DNA from: a virus
DNA length: 53,531 nucleotides
Virus genome (UHGV): UHGV-0350075
Direction: 5' to 3' (one strand)
Part shown: in pieces, positions 36,815 to 45,329 of the stretch
Position numbering within the stretch: position 1 is the stretch's first letter
How the letters are laid out: every line of letters begins with the position of its first letter
Program-made: the position numbers and the translations under genes
The notes under the pieces: generated by a model
The model's database searches: none
What the model saw: only the letters and a program-made list of their open reading frames with translations
What the model was told of the DNA's origin: nothing

Positions 36815-38125
36815 TTATGCGAAATAGTTGTTAATGTCAGGGGTAGCAGGTTTATTTCCACCAGCGGCTGAGTTTGCTGCCATTGGTGCTGCTTTACCCA
36901 GGGATTTAAACATTGCTTCTAACGCTTCACCGCTTAATGCGTTAGCAACAATTTCGCCGTGTACTTTCGCAACTGCGGCGCGTTTTTCTGCTACTTCTTT
37001 ATTTGCGTTTGCTGCGATCTCTTCTTTAATCGCTTTCTGATTGGTCTGTAATTCTTCAACGCTTGCCTGCACTGGTTTTAATGCCTCTGCTACTGCATTA
37101 GCGATATTAGCGGCTAAGCCTTCGTTAATTTCTTTTACCAGTTCGGCGCGTTCTTCTTTGGTCAAAGGCATGGGATCGTCCTCCGATTTATTGGCCTTAA
37201 TTTTTTCATTCAGGGAGAAAAGATTAGAAAGGTGTTCAGCGAACTGCGTAAACCAGGATTTACTTTCCTCGTTGGTTGCAAGCTCGCCATTATTGAGAAT
37301 AATTTTATCAGCCTGTTTTTCATATGCGCAAACTTGAGCACTTTCAGTATTAGTGGCGATCGTCACTTCTTTATCAGTGAAGTCCACCACATACACATAA
37401 TCGGCGTCAGGGAATAATTCCCGCGCGGCGTCGGTTAATTGTTTCTCAAGTGTGCGGTAGCTGTTTTCTTTCATTGCCACCGCCATTAACGGTTTCGCCT
37501 GGTCAGTATTAACCATCAGGCCAACGCCTTGCTCTGGTGAAGCGGCTGGCGGCTCATGCAGCAAAATAGCGTCATGGTCGATAGACATGATTTTCACCAC
37601 ATGGTCGGCCCCCTGGGCTTTCATCTCTTCAGTAGCTGGCATGCGTTGACGATATACAGCGACGGATGACCAGATCGGATCTTTGCTTTCTCCTTTCTCC
37701 AGTGCTTCCAGTCTGCTTAATAATTCGCGGCCTTGCTCTGAATGGCTGGCGGTTTCCACATCCACCCATTTTTCCACATAAACACGGTTGCCGCGTAATT
37801 CAACGTTTCTATTCCACGCTCCACAAAAACCCGTGTTTAATCCTTCCGGGCTAAATGCGGAAACAAATTTACCGTCCACGGTAGGATGACCCAGCGGGGC
37901 AAGCGTACCCTCCAGTGACTGGTAATTAGCGATAATTTCAGCTTCCGGGTAATATTCCCGATTCATTACGATGTTAAATGGTAGTGTATATGACGGGACA
38001 ACGATATGCTCGCGACCGTTATATGTTTCACGGCGTATGGTATTAGCGGTTAATTTGGTATTAACCTGAATCAGTTCTTTACTCACGGTTTTACTCCCAA
38101 TCTTCGCCATATTTAGCGTGCGCAA
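36815..38125 (-). CDS. capsid scaffolding protein (possibly protease-scaffold fusion)
   Basis: 436 aa; C-terminal Ala/Glu/Lys-rich coiled coil typical of scaffolds; between morphogenesis and decoration genes. Confidence 0.45.
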   Translation of the reverse strand: MRTLNMAKIGSKTVSKELIQVNTKLTANTIRRETYNGREHIVVPSYTLPFNIVMNREYYPEAEIIANYQSLEGTLAPLGHPTVDGKFVSAFSPEGLNTGFCGAWNRNVELRGNRVYVEKWVDVETASHSEQGRELLSRLEALEKGESKDPIWSSVAVYRQRMPATEEMKAQGADHVVKIMSIDHDAILLHEPPAASPEQGVGLMVNTDQAKPLMAVAMKENSYRTLEKQLTDAARELFPDADYVYVVDFTDKEVTIATNTESAQVCAYEKQADKIILNNGELATNEESKSWFTQFAEHLSNLFSLNEKIKANKSEDDPMPLTKEERAELVKEINEGLAANIANAVAEALKPVQASVEELQTNQKAIKEEIAANANKEVAEKRAAVAKVHGEIVANALSGEALEAMFKSLGKAAPMAANSAAGGNKPATPDINNYFA

Positions 38126-38987
38126 CTTTATAGTTTTCTTGCGCTCGATCTAATATTCTTTCGTTTAATATGTTACCGTCTTCGTCAACTAATACGGTAA
38201 TCGTGCTACATTTGCAGTTAATTGAATTTGGGGATCTGCTCCACCATTCGCGCTGCTCATCTATGGTGTATGTTTTCCCGTGCCGCTGCGCGTGCGATAG
38301 CCTGGTAGTCGGTGACAATGCCGAAATGTGCATTTGCATGGTGCGCAGATTAAGCTCTTCTGTCGCCGCTTCTGCCTCATCCATACGCGCTGTGCGTAAC
38401 GCTGTGCATATTTCAGTTCGGGCAATACGTTTGCACCTGTATAGCGGCAATTGCGTTTCCTGCTGCAATGTGCGCGCTATTTCCAGTGGATTTAAACCAC
38501 GGGCCATCCCTTCGGTTAATCGCCGGGCCATATCCTTCTTGATCTGTGCTGTTAGCCCGCGCATTTCCTCAAATACACGGGTACGAACAAGGGCAAGGCG
38601 CGTGCGGTAAGTCGTACTTGATAGCACGGCGGATACATCAGGATAAGCGCTTGAGTAAGTAACAGACTGGTTGGCAAGGTTGGCGTATTCCTGCGCGGTC
38701 CCTCGCTGATATGCAACCTTCACGTACTCCTGCCAAAACCAAAAACTTTCCGGGTCGGTTAGCTCGAATATCTCATCAATCATGTCGCTGGCGTCCTCCA
38801 GCATGTCGTGCAATTCATCCATGTAAATCTGGAAGGTGTATTTTTTATTAACAGCCAGGCTATATTGTATTCTGTCCAGTATGGCGATATATGGATCGGC
38901 TATTTTCTTCAGGCAGGATTTGAAACGCTTAATAGCCCCCGACCGTAACTTACCTGTCATGGTCGGGTCTTCGGTGTTAGATGGCAT
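38091..38987 (-). CDS. head morphogenesis protein (SPP1 gp7 / Mu F-like)
   Basis: Track ORF trimmed to ATG 38987; family-like pattern; directly after portal. Confidence 0.6.
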   Translation of the reverse strand: MPSNTEDPTMTGKLRSGAIKRFKSCLKKIADPYIAILDRIQYSLAVNKKYTFQIYMDELHDMLEDASDMIDEIFELTDPESFWFWQEYVKVAYQRGTAQEYANLANQSVTYSSAYPDVSAVLSSTTYRTRLALVRTRVFEEMRGLTAQIKKDMARRLTEGMARGLNPLEIARTLQQETQLPLYRCKRIARTEICTALRTARMDEAEAATEELNLRTMQMHISALSPTTRLSHAQRHGKTYTIDEQREWWSRSPNSINCKCSTITVLVDEDGNILNERILDRAQENYKVAHAKYGEDWE

Positions 38988-40377
38988 TATCGCGGAGGGC
39001 GGAATCTTTTTGATTATTCTCTTTACTTTCATCTTCATCTTTATCGTCCTCGTCTTCCACTTCTACTTCCTGCGTTGGCCCCTCATATCCGGCAGCTTCG
39101 CGGATCTCATCACCGCTGAATACCTGCTCACCAGTAGCAAGACATGCCTGATTGATTTGCGCCATCTTGTGTGCCGCTTCCAGTAGTTCGGCTTTGGTCA
39201 TAGCGTTAAGGTCATCCCATAGCACTGATATGTCGCGTGGCTCACTGGTAAGGCGTAGATCTGCCAGTTTGCGGAATAGTTCTTCAAGCTCGCCTCCGAT
39301 TTCCTGGCGGCGGGTCATGCATCGGTTATTGAAATAGCGGAGATCTTCAGTTGATGCTCGTTCACCCTGTTGATTCCCAACTAGGATACGCGTTGGAATG
39401 TCGATACCAGCGGCGGCGGTTTGCAGGTTTACATCATAGGTTGCGGACGGGTCAGATACGGCAGTTACCAGCGGGCTTACTGTTGCGCCCTGTAACGCCA
39501 TCATCACATCATTACCTTTATTCATTTCCGCTGCGGCTTCATTGAATTTTTCGCGTAACTCTGTGACGTCGCAGTCATACGTTGCAGCCAGTGAGCGGAA
39601 GTCAATTTCTTTGTCGAATGAGATGGCAAGCTGGCGTGCGGCGTTCTTCAGGAATGACTCACCACTACCACCTTCCACTTTCTCCAGCGAAACGAAAGCG
39701 TTATAGGATGGCTCAAGGAAAGCGATAGCATCATCAGAATAGTCACCAAAGATAAATATCCGGTCTGGATGTATTTTCCTTGCGATGGTCTTGCTGTTGA
39801 TGCGTTCTTTGTATTCCCACCATGTCGGCAGACCGTAGTTATCGCTATCCGGGTTTTCATCGAAGTCCTTTGGTGTTAGTGCGCCAGCCCATACAGGAGT
39901 GAATTTAGCGATGCCTACCCCTTTTGTTACTGGACGATCCCACGGCTGGTTATCTTTGACGTGAATCAATAGTCCGGCATAACGACCAACCAGGCGACGG
40001 CGATCGCATTCAGCAATAACACGCCAGAATCGGTTATCGAATTGTTTCTTTATTTCTCTTTCCCAGGGTGTTTCCGTTTCCGCTTTCTCGTCTTCAGTGC
40101 CTTCTATCAGCACCGGGCTATCGCGCCAGCATGTGGTGATAATTTTTTCAATGGCCCCGTGAGCAATACCACCGCGACGATACAGCTTATATAGATCAGT
40201 ATAGGTAAGCTCTTCTTTGAATCCGTATTCACTCCACGCGGCGTTACGTTTAGCATCGATCCCCATAGTGAATGGGTTAGCGGCTGCATAGCGGGCAAAG
40301 GCCGCCTGGCGTTGTGACAAGGCAGCATTAACCGCCAATTCTAAATTGGATGGCATAATGTTTACTCCTGAATACAT
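38977..40377 (-). CDS. portal protein
   Basis: 466 aa after terL; acidic C-terminus; size and synteny. Confidence 0.7.
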   Translation of the reverse strand: MYSGVNIMPSNLELAVNAALSQRQAAFARYAAANPFTMGIDAKRNAAWSEYGFKEELTYTDLYKLYRRGGIAHGAIEKIITTCWRDSPVLIEGTEDEKAETETPWEREIKKQFDNRFWRVIAECDRRRLVGRYAGLLIHVKDNQPWDRPVTKGVGIAKFTPVWAGALTPKDFDENPDSDNYGLPTWWEYKERINSKTIARKIHPDRIFIFGDYSDDAIAFLEPSYNAFVSLEKVEGGSGESFLKNAARQLAISFDKEIDFRSLAATYDCDVTELREKFNEAAAEMNKGNDVMMALQGATVSPLVTAVSDPSATYDVNLQTAAAGIDIPTRILVGNQQGERASTEDLRYFNNRCMTRRQEIGGELEELFRKLADLRLTSEPRDISVLWDDLNAMTKAELLEAAHKMAQINQACLATGEQVFSGDEIREAAGYEGPTQEVEVEDEDDKDEDESKENNQKDSALRDNAI

Positions 40378-40402
40378 GTTTACGCGTTGCTACGCGAAAA
40401 AT
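40378..40402. promoter_or_regulatory. conserved 25-bp box GTTTACGCGTTGCTACGCGAAAAAT
   Basis: Immediately upstream of portal start; near-identical to box at 28191..28215. Confidence 0.4.
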
Positions 40403-40434
40403 AGAAAAACTTGTGGGGGATTGTGGGATGGTTT

Positions 40435-41919
40435 TTAAAATCCGCGCAGGCGCTTCGGTAACATGAGGCCCATAGCCTGTGGCTGGCTTAGTTCGGTGAT
40501 ACCCCACACCATTGCATCCATACGGTCAGGGGATTTCTTAGCGGTAGCTGGCACGTATTCCATCATTTGATTTTCCAGCGTGTACAGCTCACCAGTGTGG
40601 GCCACCCTTCCTTGTGCATACAGTGCAGATATTGGTTCGGCACGGGCGAATTTACCCTTGCTTGCGTGCACCTTAACAATGCGGCCTTTGAATCCGGCGT
40701 TACGTAGCGTGGCCTCTGCCATTTCGCCGCCCTGGTTGGTTTCGATAACTATCGCGTCAGCTTCATGGATGTTATAAGCGTTCATTGATGCTTGCGCCCA
40801 GTCGTTAGGAGACATGCGGCCTGAGTAGTCACCGTCTACAGAATACTGAGCGTACTTGCCGCCACCATAAGCGGAACATGCTACGATCCCGGTTTCGTCC
40901 GATTCTTCCGATGATGTTGTCGCCGGGTCAATGGCTATCACGGTGCGGATCTTGTCCTGCGTTATCTGCATCCGGTGCGCTGCGGTTATCATCGCTTCAG
41001 TCCACAATGCACCCTCTTCGTCGAATTTACGCGGGCGCTGCATGTACTGGGCCTCAAATGACCGCCTGTGTGCTTTCAGTCCAGCTTCATGGGCGTCATT
41101 GTGCTTTTTAGGCCATAGCCAGCCGTCTGGCAGGTTGTGAGGAATAGGGATTGCGAACTCGTTTTCAGGGTACAAATCCCGGTAGTCAACGCTGTTGTCG
41201 ATCTTCACTGGCAAGTTCAGGTGATGCCATTTCTCACCACTCCCACCGCGTAGCAGGTAGCCGGACAAATCATCGTAGTGGATGCGCTGCATGATGACGA
41301 TAACAGGCGTCGTTTGCACTGCCAGACGTGAAGCAAGCGTGTCGTTATAGTTAGTGTTTACCTGCTTTCTCACCACGTCAGAGTAAGCGTCGGCGGGCTT
41401 TAATGGGTCGTCGATGATTAACGCACCGTTAAATCCTGGTTCCATATACCCCGCACGGAACCCAGTAACCTGGCCAAGCGATGACGTTGCATACACGCCG
41501 CCACCGTATTCAGTCCACCACATCGATTTACTGTTTGCATCGTTGCGGATCTTCATGGGCCACATTGCCTGATACTCAGGCGTACAGATCATGTTTCTTA
41601 CAGTTGAGGAGTTGAGTAGCGCCAGGTTGTTGGAATAGGAAACGTGAAGGAATCGTGTGCGGGGATTTATTGCGAGGGACCGCGCCATCATGTTGATAGT
41701 GGCGATCATGGTTTTGCCGTACCCTGGGGGGATGTTGATGATGAGTCGGGTTATCTCACCATTGACAACGCGTTGCAGTGCGTCGCGGATAGCTAAATGA
41801 TGGCCTGAGATTAACATCTTCGTTCCGTTCGCTTGCTTATAGAAGTAGCGATTGAAAAACAGGCCATCGTTTTCACATTTGGACTGAATAACTCGTTCTT
41901 TGATTGTCAACATAATCAC
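40435..41919 (-). CDS. terL: terminase large subunit
   Basis: 494 aa; Walker A-like PPGYGKTM; overlaps terS stop (ATGA). Confidence 0.85.
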   Translation of the reverse strand: MIMLTIKERVIQSKCENDGLFFNRYFYKQANGTKMLISGHHLAIRDALQRVVNGEITRLIINIPPGYGKTMIATINMMARSLAINPRTRFLHVSYSNNLALLNSSTVRNMICTPEYQAMWPMKIRNDANSKSMWWTEYGGGVYATSSLGQVTGFRAGYMEPGFNGALIIDDPLKPADAYSDVVRKQVNTNYNDTLASRLAVQTTPVIVIMQRIHYDDLSGYLLRGGSGEKWHHLNLPVKIDNSVDYRDLYPENEFAIPIPHNLPDGWLWPKKHNDAHEAGLKAHRRSFEAQYMQRPRKFDEEGALWTEAMITAAHRMQITQDKIRTVIAIDPATTSSEESDETGIVACSAYGGGKYAQYSVDGDYSGRMSPNDWAQASMNAYNIHEADAIVIETNQGGEMAEATLRNAGFKGRIVKVHASKGKFARAEPISALYAQGRVAHTGELYTLENQMMEYVPATAKKSPDRMDAMVWGITELSQPQAMGLMLPKRLRGF

Positions 41920-42401
41920 ACCTCATCTTCTACTTCCTGAACGATGCGGGCGATCTCTTCTTTTGTGACTTCTACCTGTACGGGCGCTTCTTCCCTGTTG
42001 CCTACGATTTCCTGCGTAACGCGTTCGCCATACTTACGCGGTTGCAGTTTTGCCAATAGCCATTTACGCGTTTCAATCATCAGTTGATGGCGGCGGCATT
42101 CGTCTTTATCGATGTTCTCCGCTGCATCGGCTATATCGATGATCTCATCAGCCAATACCTCAAAACCGATCTCCTTCGCGCGCATGTACATGTCCGAGAA
42201 CTCTGGCACGTCTCTGAACCATTTGAGGATTGTTGAACGCGCAGGCATATCAGGCATCTTCGAAATCTTGTTAATACTATGACCGTCCGCCACCAGCTCG
42301 CAGATTTCTAATGCCTTTTCTTCGGTATAACCATGCGGACGGCCCGTCTTTTTGGCTGCTGGCTTTTTGTCTTCAGCATTTGCCTTTTTAGTGCGGGCCA
42401 T
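41916..42401 (-). CDS. terS: terminase small subunit
   Basis: 161 aa; basic N-terminus with HTH; immediately upstream of terL. Confidence 0.7.
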   Translation of the reverse strand: MARTKKANAEDKKPAAKKTGRPHGYTEEKALEICELVADGHSINKISKMPDMPARSTILKWFRDVPEFSDMYMRAKEIGFEVLADEIIDIADAAENIDKDECRRHQLMIETRKWLLAKLQPRKYGERVTQEIVGNREEAPVQVEVTKEEIARIVQEVEDEV

Positions 42402-42411
42402 ATTTCACCTC

Positions 42412-42495
42412 TTAATATTTGTTGATGATATATACGCAAGCCACAAAACTTGCGCAGTATGTTAATACTTCAAGCCAGTCGAATAGCTCTTTCAT
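42412..42495 (-). CDS. hydrophobic microprotein (27 aa, MKELFDWLEVLTYCASFVACVYIINKY); array member 11
   Basis: Own translation; GAAGGG SD; 10 nt after previous array ORF. Confidence 0.4.
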   Translation of the reverse strand: MKELFDWLEVLTYCASFVACVYIINKY

Positions 42496-42505
42496 TGTTT
42501 ACCCT

Positions 42506-42577
42506 TCACATAATAGAAAGCGCCCATGTAATAAGGACGATAGCCAAAACCATATAGATAAAATCTGACTCTCTCAT
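42506..42577 (-). CDS. hydrophobic microprotein (23 aa, MRESDFIYMVLAIVLITWALSIM); array member 10
   Basis: Own translation; AAGGTGA SD. Confidence 0.4.
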   Translation of the reverse strand: MRESDFIYMVLAIVLITWALSIM

Positions 42578-42591
42578 ATTGTTCACCTTGT

Positions 42592-42660
42592 TTATGCGAA
42601 GAAAACAATAACAACTAACAGCGAACTTATCGCTATGATTAAGAAATCACTGTCAGACAT
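42592..42660 (-). CDS. hydrophobic microprotein (22 aa, MSDSDFLIIAISSLLVVIVFFA); array member 9
   Basis: Own translation; GGGGTGA SD; start overlaps upstream stop. Confidence 0.4.
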   Translation of the reverse strand: MSDSDFLIIAISSLLVVIVFFA

Positions 42661-42727
42661 TGATAATCACCCCTACGATAATTAACGCGGCGATGCATAC
42701 GAATAATACGGCTTCGATAACATCCAT
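42653..42727 (-). CDS. hydrophobic microprotein (24 aa, MDVIEAVLFVCIAALIIVGVIINV); array member 8
   Basis: Own translation; AGGTGAG SD. Confidence 0.4.
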   Translation of the reverse strand: MDVIEAVLFVCIAALIIVGVIINV

Positions 42728-42735
42728 TCGCTCAC

Positions 42736-42804
42736 CTATTGAGTCAGCGAGGTCATGGTGAGAACAATCGCAACAATCAGGAAAAAGAAATCAAGCCATT
42801 TCAT
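42736..42804 (-). CDS. hydrophobic microprotein (22 aa, MKWLDFFFLIVAIVLTMTSLTQ); array member 7
   Basis: Own translation; GGGAG SD; ATGA overlap with upstream ORF. Confidence 0.4.
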   Translation of the reverse strand: MKWLDFFFLIVAIVLTMTSLTQ

Positions 42805-42881
42805 TTTTTAAACTCCCGATAAACATCTACGGCAATGACTACAACTACAGCCACCAGCAATAGCATTTCGTATGCGTTCAT
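42801..42881 (-). CDS. hydrophobic microprotein (26 aa, MNAYEMLLLVAVVVVIAVDVYREFKK); array member 6
   Basis: Own translation; ATGA overlap with upstream ORF. Confidence 0.4.
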   Translation of the reverse strand: MNAYEMLLLVAVVVVIAVDVYREFKK

Positions 42882-42976
42882 TTGATGCTACCCATAACAA
42901 GGCCGATGATGATAATTATGGCGACAATGCCTAACATCATGCCGCACATAATCGCCAGTAATTCGAATATATCCAT
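42878..42976 (-). CDS. hydrophobic microprotein (32 aa, MDIFELLAIMCGMMLGIVAIIIIIGLVMGSIK); array member 5
   Basis: In-frame ATG inside track ORF 42878..43081 (whose TTG start is judged spurious); GGTGA SD. Confidence 0.4.
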   Translation of the reverse strand: MDIFELLAIMCGMMLGIVAIIIIIGLVMGSIK

Positions 42977-42984
42977 GCCGTCAC

Positions 42985-43059
42985 CTATACAACATTCTTC
43001 CACCAGAAATAGATAATGACGGCGACCAACGACCACCAGATGAGATCGTAAATATTCAT
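42985..43059 (-). CDS. hydrophobic microprotein (24 aa, MNIYDLIWWSLVAVIIYFWWKNVV); array member 4
   Basis: Own translation; GAAGGT SD. Confidence 0.4.
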   Translation of the reverse strand: MNIYDLIWWSLVAVIIYFWWKNVV

Positions 43060-43070
43060 GGTGAATACCT

Positions 43071-43145
43071 TCAGCTTTCAATGAATATCATGATCGCCAG
43101 CCATACAGCGACGCAGGCAGAAAGGATAATGAGCGGGTCAATCAT
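43071..43145 (-). CDS. hydrophobic microprotein (24 aa, MIDPLIILSACVAVWLAIMIFIES); array member 3
   Basis: Own translation; GGTGA SD; alternative in-frame ATG at 43157. Confidence 0.4.
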   Translation of the reverse strand: MIDPLIILSACVAVWLAIMIFIES

Positions 43146-43157
43146 ATTGTCACCCAT

Positions 43158-43253
43158 CTAATATTTGCTCTTTACGGTTATCAGCACGGCGATAACAAAG
43201 CCAACCAGAAATATAGATATGCCTATTAATCCGGCGATGGTGCTGTCGTCCAT
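43158..43253 (-). CDS. hydrophobic microprotein (31 aa, MDDSTIAGLIGISIFLVGFVIAVLITVKSKY); array member 2
   Basis: Own translation; TGATTATGGACGA junction with upstream ORF. Confidence 0.4.
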   Translation of the reverse strand: MDDSTIAGLIGISIFLVGFVIAVLITVKSKY

Positions 43254-43255
43254 AA

Positions 43256-43339
43256 TCAACCTACGGGCCATTTTGGGGAAAACATTACAATCGCAGTTCC
43301 AGCCGCGCCGATAAATACACCTAGCAGGAAAGTAAACAT
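43256..43339 (-). CDS. hydrophobic microprotein (27 aa, MFTFLLGVFIGAAGTAIVMFSPKWPVG); array member 1
   Basis: Own translation; GGGGGTGA SD; starts 2 nt after stop of 43342..43884. Confidence 0.4.
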   Translation of the reverse strand: MFTFLLGVFIGAAGTAIVMFSPKWPVG

Positions 43340-43341
43340 AA

Positions 43342-43884
43342 TCACCCCCGTTTAAAGCTCATAACGCGCGGTACAAGCGCTTCTTTTGCTTTCGGCTTAC
43401 GTTTGCCTTTCTTCGCGGTTTTTTCTTCTTCCTTCGGCTGTTCTGCCTGTTCTAATGCCTGCTCAACGACTTCAGCCGCCTGCATTGCCGCTACCTGTGC
43501 TTCGTTTGATTCTGCCAGGATAGGGAAAAATGCATCAAAGATGCGGCCCACCATGTAAGCGTAAGTCTCATTCGCCGGATGAGATGGATCAGTGGTAGCC
43601 ACGACGCCTACATCGCTTAAAACGTGAAATGTAGTGTGCGCCGCTTCATGGACCAGTGTTCCTAACTCATTGTCGAATACTGCGATCACGTAGAAGTTAC
43701 CGCCTTTCTCACCAGTGCAAGTAAGCGTCAATCCTCCTGCCAGTTCGAAATCAGGTTCGATCGGAATTCCTGCCTTTTCGCAAAATTCATAAAACATCTC
43801 GCGAGTCGGGCAGAAGAAAACTGTTGTATGCTCAAAGAGCGGGACTTTGAATTGAGGCAACTTAATGCCTTTACCCTTAGCCAT
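43342..43884 (-). CDS. HExxH-motif protein (putative zinc metallopeptidase) with Lys-rich C-terminus
   Basis: 180 aa; single HExxH (TLVHEAAHTTFHV); first gene of operon with microprotein array and terminase. Confidence 0.5.
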   Translation of the reverse strand: MAKGKGIKLPQFKVPLFEHTTVFFCPTREMFYEFCEKAGIPIEPDFELAGGLTLTCTGEKGGNFYVIAVFDNELGTLVHEAAHTTFHVLSDVGVVATTDPSHPANETYAYMVGRIFDAFFPILAESNEAQVAAMQAAEVVEQALEQAEQPKEEEKTAKKGKRKPKAKEALVPRVMSFKRG

Positions 43885-44162
43885 CAGAATATTCCTCTAT
43901 CCTGAAAAATATAACCCCCGCAAAACTCGACACCGCAGGGAGTGAAAACAGCTATAAAACACTGAAAACGGCGCTTAATCAGTACCGTTTCCAGAATTTT
44001 ATAAAATTGGTGAATGGCGCTTTCTTCTGCCCAGGTAGCGCCGACCTGTTAATGGGATGGATGATCCGGCATTACGTGTTTTCGACTATTCCGCCGTCGC
44101 TCGCGGGAAGGATTGACCCGGTTATGGCTGGCTGGCGGAAACGGCGACACGTCCACGCGCTG

Positions 44163-44633
44163 TTATTCTTTGCGTAAGCACTGCGTTTTGATGTAGTCCT
44201 GTAATCCGGCGATCTTCGCGTCTTTCTCTTTTAGTTGTTCTCTGAGGGATAGATAAGCCGATTCAGCGTCTGGAGTGAGTCTACAGGTGGCTCCATCAAT
44301 GCGGCTGGCGGTTCCGGTATTGTCGAGCAATCGCACTGGTTCGGCGTTGACGTGCAACCTGATAGCACCGCTATCAATGCCAGCGCGAAGATCGGCAATG
44401 TCAGATCTGATAGCTTTAATCTCATCGTGATACCTCTTATCAAGTTTTGACAGTTCGGCGTTTCGCTCCTTCATCTGCTGAATGGTATTACTTGCTGTTT
44501 TTAGTGCGCCTTGCGTCACCGTGACTTCTTGCTGTAACCTTGCTGCCTCCCCCTGGTAATAACATGTAACGGCAGTTAGTCCGGCAATAATGCAAACAAC
44601 AACGGCAATAATTAACGCCTTTACCTTGTCCAT
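44163..44633 (-). CDS. i-spanin (Rz-like)
   Basis: 156 aa; N-terminal TM anchor then coiled coil; start overlaps endolysin 3' end; contains embedded o-spanin. Confidence 0.7.
   Translation of the reverse strand: MDKVKALIIAVVVCIIAGLTAVTCYYQGEAARLQQEVTVTQGALKTASNTIQQMKERNAELSKLDKRYHDEIKAIRSDIADLRAGIDSGAIRLHVNAEPVRLLDNTGTASRIDGATCRLTPDAESAYLSLREQLKEKDAKIAGLQDYIKTQCLRKE
44231..44425 (-). CDS. o-spanin (Rz1-like lipoprotein) embedded in Rz in another frame
   Basis: Track ORF 44231..44443 trimmed to MRLKL...; lipobox LSGC then Pro-rich short mature peptide. Confidence 0.55.
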   Translation of the reverse strand: MRLKLSDLTLPIFALALIAVLSGCTSTPNQCDCSTIPEPPAALMEPPVDSLQTLNRLIYPSENN

Positions 44634-45112
44634 GTTTCACCCCATTCGCAAACGGCATATTCAACATCACGGCGGTTAATTAACCCTTGCCACTGTTTAC
44701 CACCAGCGTAGATCCAGCGTTTAAGCTGTGCGCACGCCTCTGATTTCTTGCCGTCATTGAGTAGTTTTAATAAGGTTGATGTTTTGAAATTGGTTGCGCC
44801 TACGTTATAGGCGAATGAATAAAGCGCCGCGCGGGTAAAATCTGATATTTCGACTTTAATATATGGGTCAATCGCTTTTGCGGTTTTGTGGAGATCTTTA
44901 CTTAACAAAGCATCGCATTCTGATTGCGTGTAAGTCTTACCTAACATAATGTCTTTTCCGGTATGACCATAACATACAGTCCATACACCGATAACATCAC
45001 GATAGGGATCGTACTCCACGCCCTCTAATGGTTTAACCATCACAGCCGCAATAGCGATCGCCCCACCAGCCGCCGCAGCAATAATCTTATTCTTCAGCGA
45101 TTGGCTAATCAT
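44621..45112 (-). CDS. SAR endolysin (lysozyme-like)
   Basis: Track lists 44621..45193 as '+', but only the reverse strand translates to this protein (checked by hand; TTG at 45193); ATG 45112 gives Gly/Ala-rich SAR segment then E-8aa-D-5aa-T catalytic triad. Confidence 0.8.
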   Translation of the reverse strand: MISQSLKNKIIAAAAGGAIAIAAVMVKPLEGVEYDPYRDVIGVWTVCYGHTGKDIMLGKTYTQSECDALLSKDLHKTAKAIDPYIKVEISDFTRAALYSFAYNVGATNFKTSTLLKLLNDGKKSEACAQLKRWIYAGGKQWQGLINRRDVEYAVCEWGETWTR

Positions 45113-45113
45113 G

Positions 45114-45314
45114 TTACTTATTCCCCATTCGCGCGTCGTGTTCCTCTTGCGCTCGCTTATTCTCCTGTGATTTGAAGTAATAATTGACGGCAAATGTGCC
45201 TACGGTTGATAAGATACCCACAAAGACGGCAATGTCATTGATGGTTATCGCGCCGAAAAAAGCAGTTACGGCCCCAGTCACATACGCGCACGCCTCCCGT
45301 ATTCTGTCGAACAT
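45114..45314 (-). CDS. class II holin (pinholin-like)
   Basis: 66 aa; two TM segments plus charged C-terminus; stop 1 nt before endolysin start. Confidence 0.75.
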   Translation of the reverse strand: MFDRIREACAYVTGAVTAFFGAITINDIAVFVGILSTVGTFAVNYYFKSQENKRAQEEHDARMGNK

Positions 45315-45329
45315 AGATTTACCTCCAAC

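Noticed and set aside
35766-36834. Forward-strand ORFs of 243 and 166 aa overlapping the major capsid and decoration genes
   Set aside because: Antisense to better-supported reverse-strand genes in an all-reverse operon; low-complexity composition and no SD; judged shadow ORFs.
44052-44180. Forward-strand 42-codon ORF in the gap after the lysis cassette
   Set aside because: No SD, overlaps the Rz 3' end on the opposite strand, and has an Arg-rich composition; kept only as part of an unexplained non-coding gap.
44621-45193. Track entry listing the endolysin ORF on the '+' strand
   Set aside because: Forward-strand translation from 44621 hits a stop within about 20 codons; the reverse complement reproduces the listed protein exactly (…CEWGETWTR then stop at 44623..44621). 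The gene is on the reverse strand.
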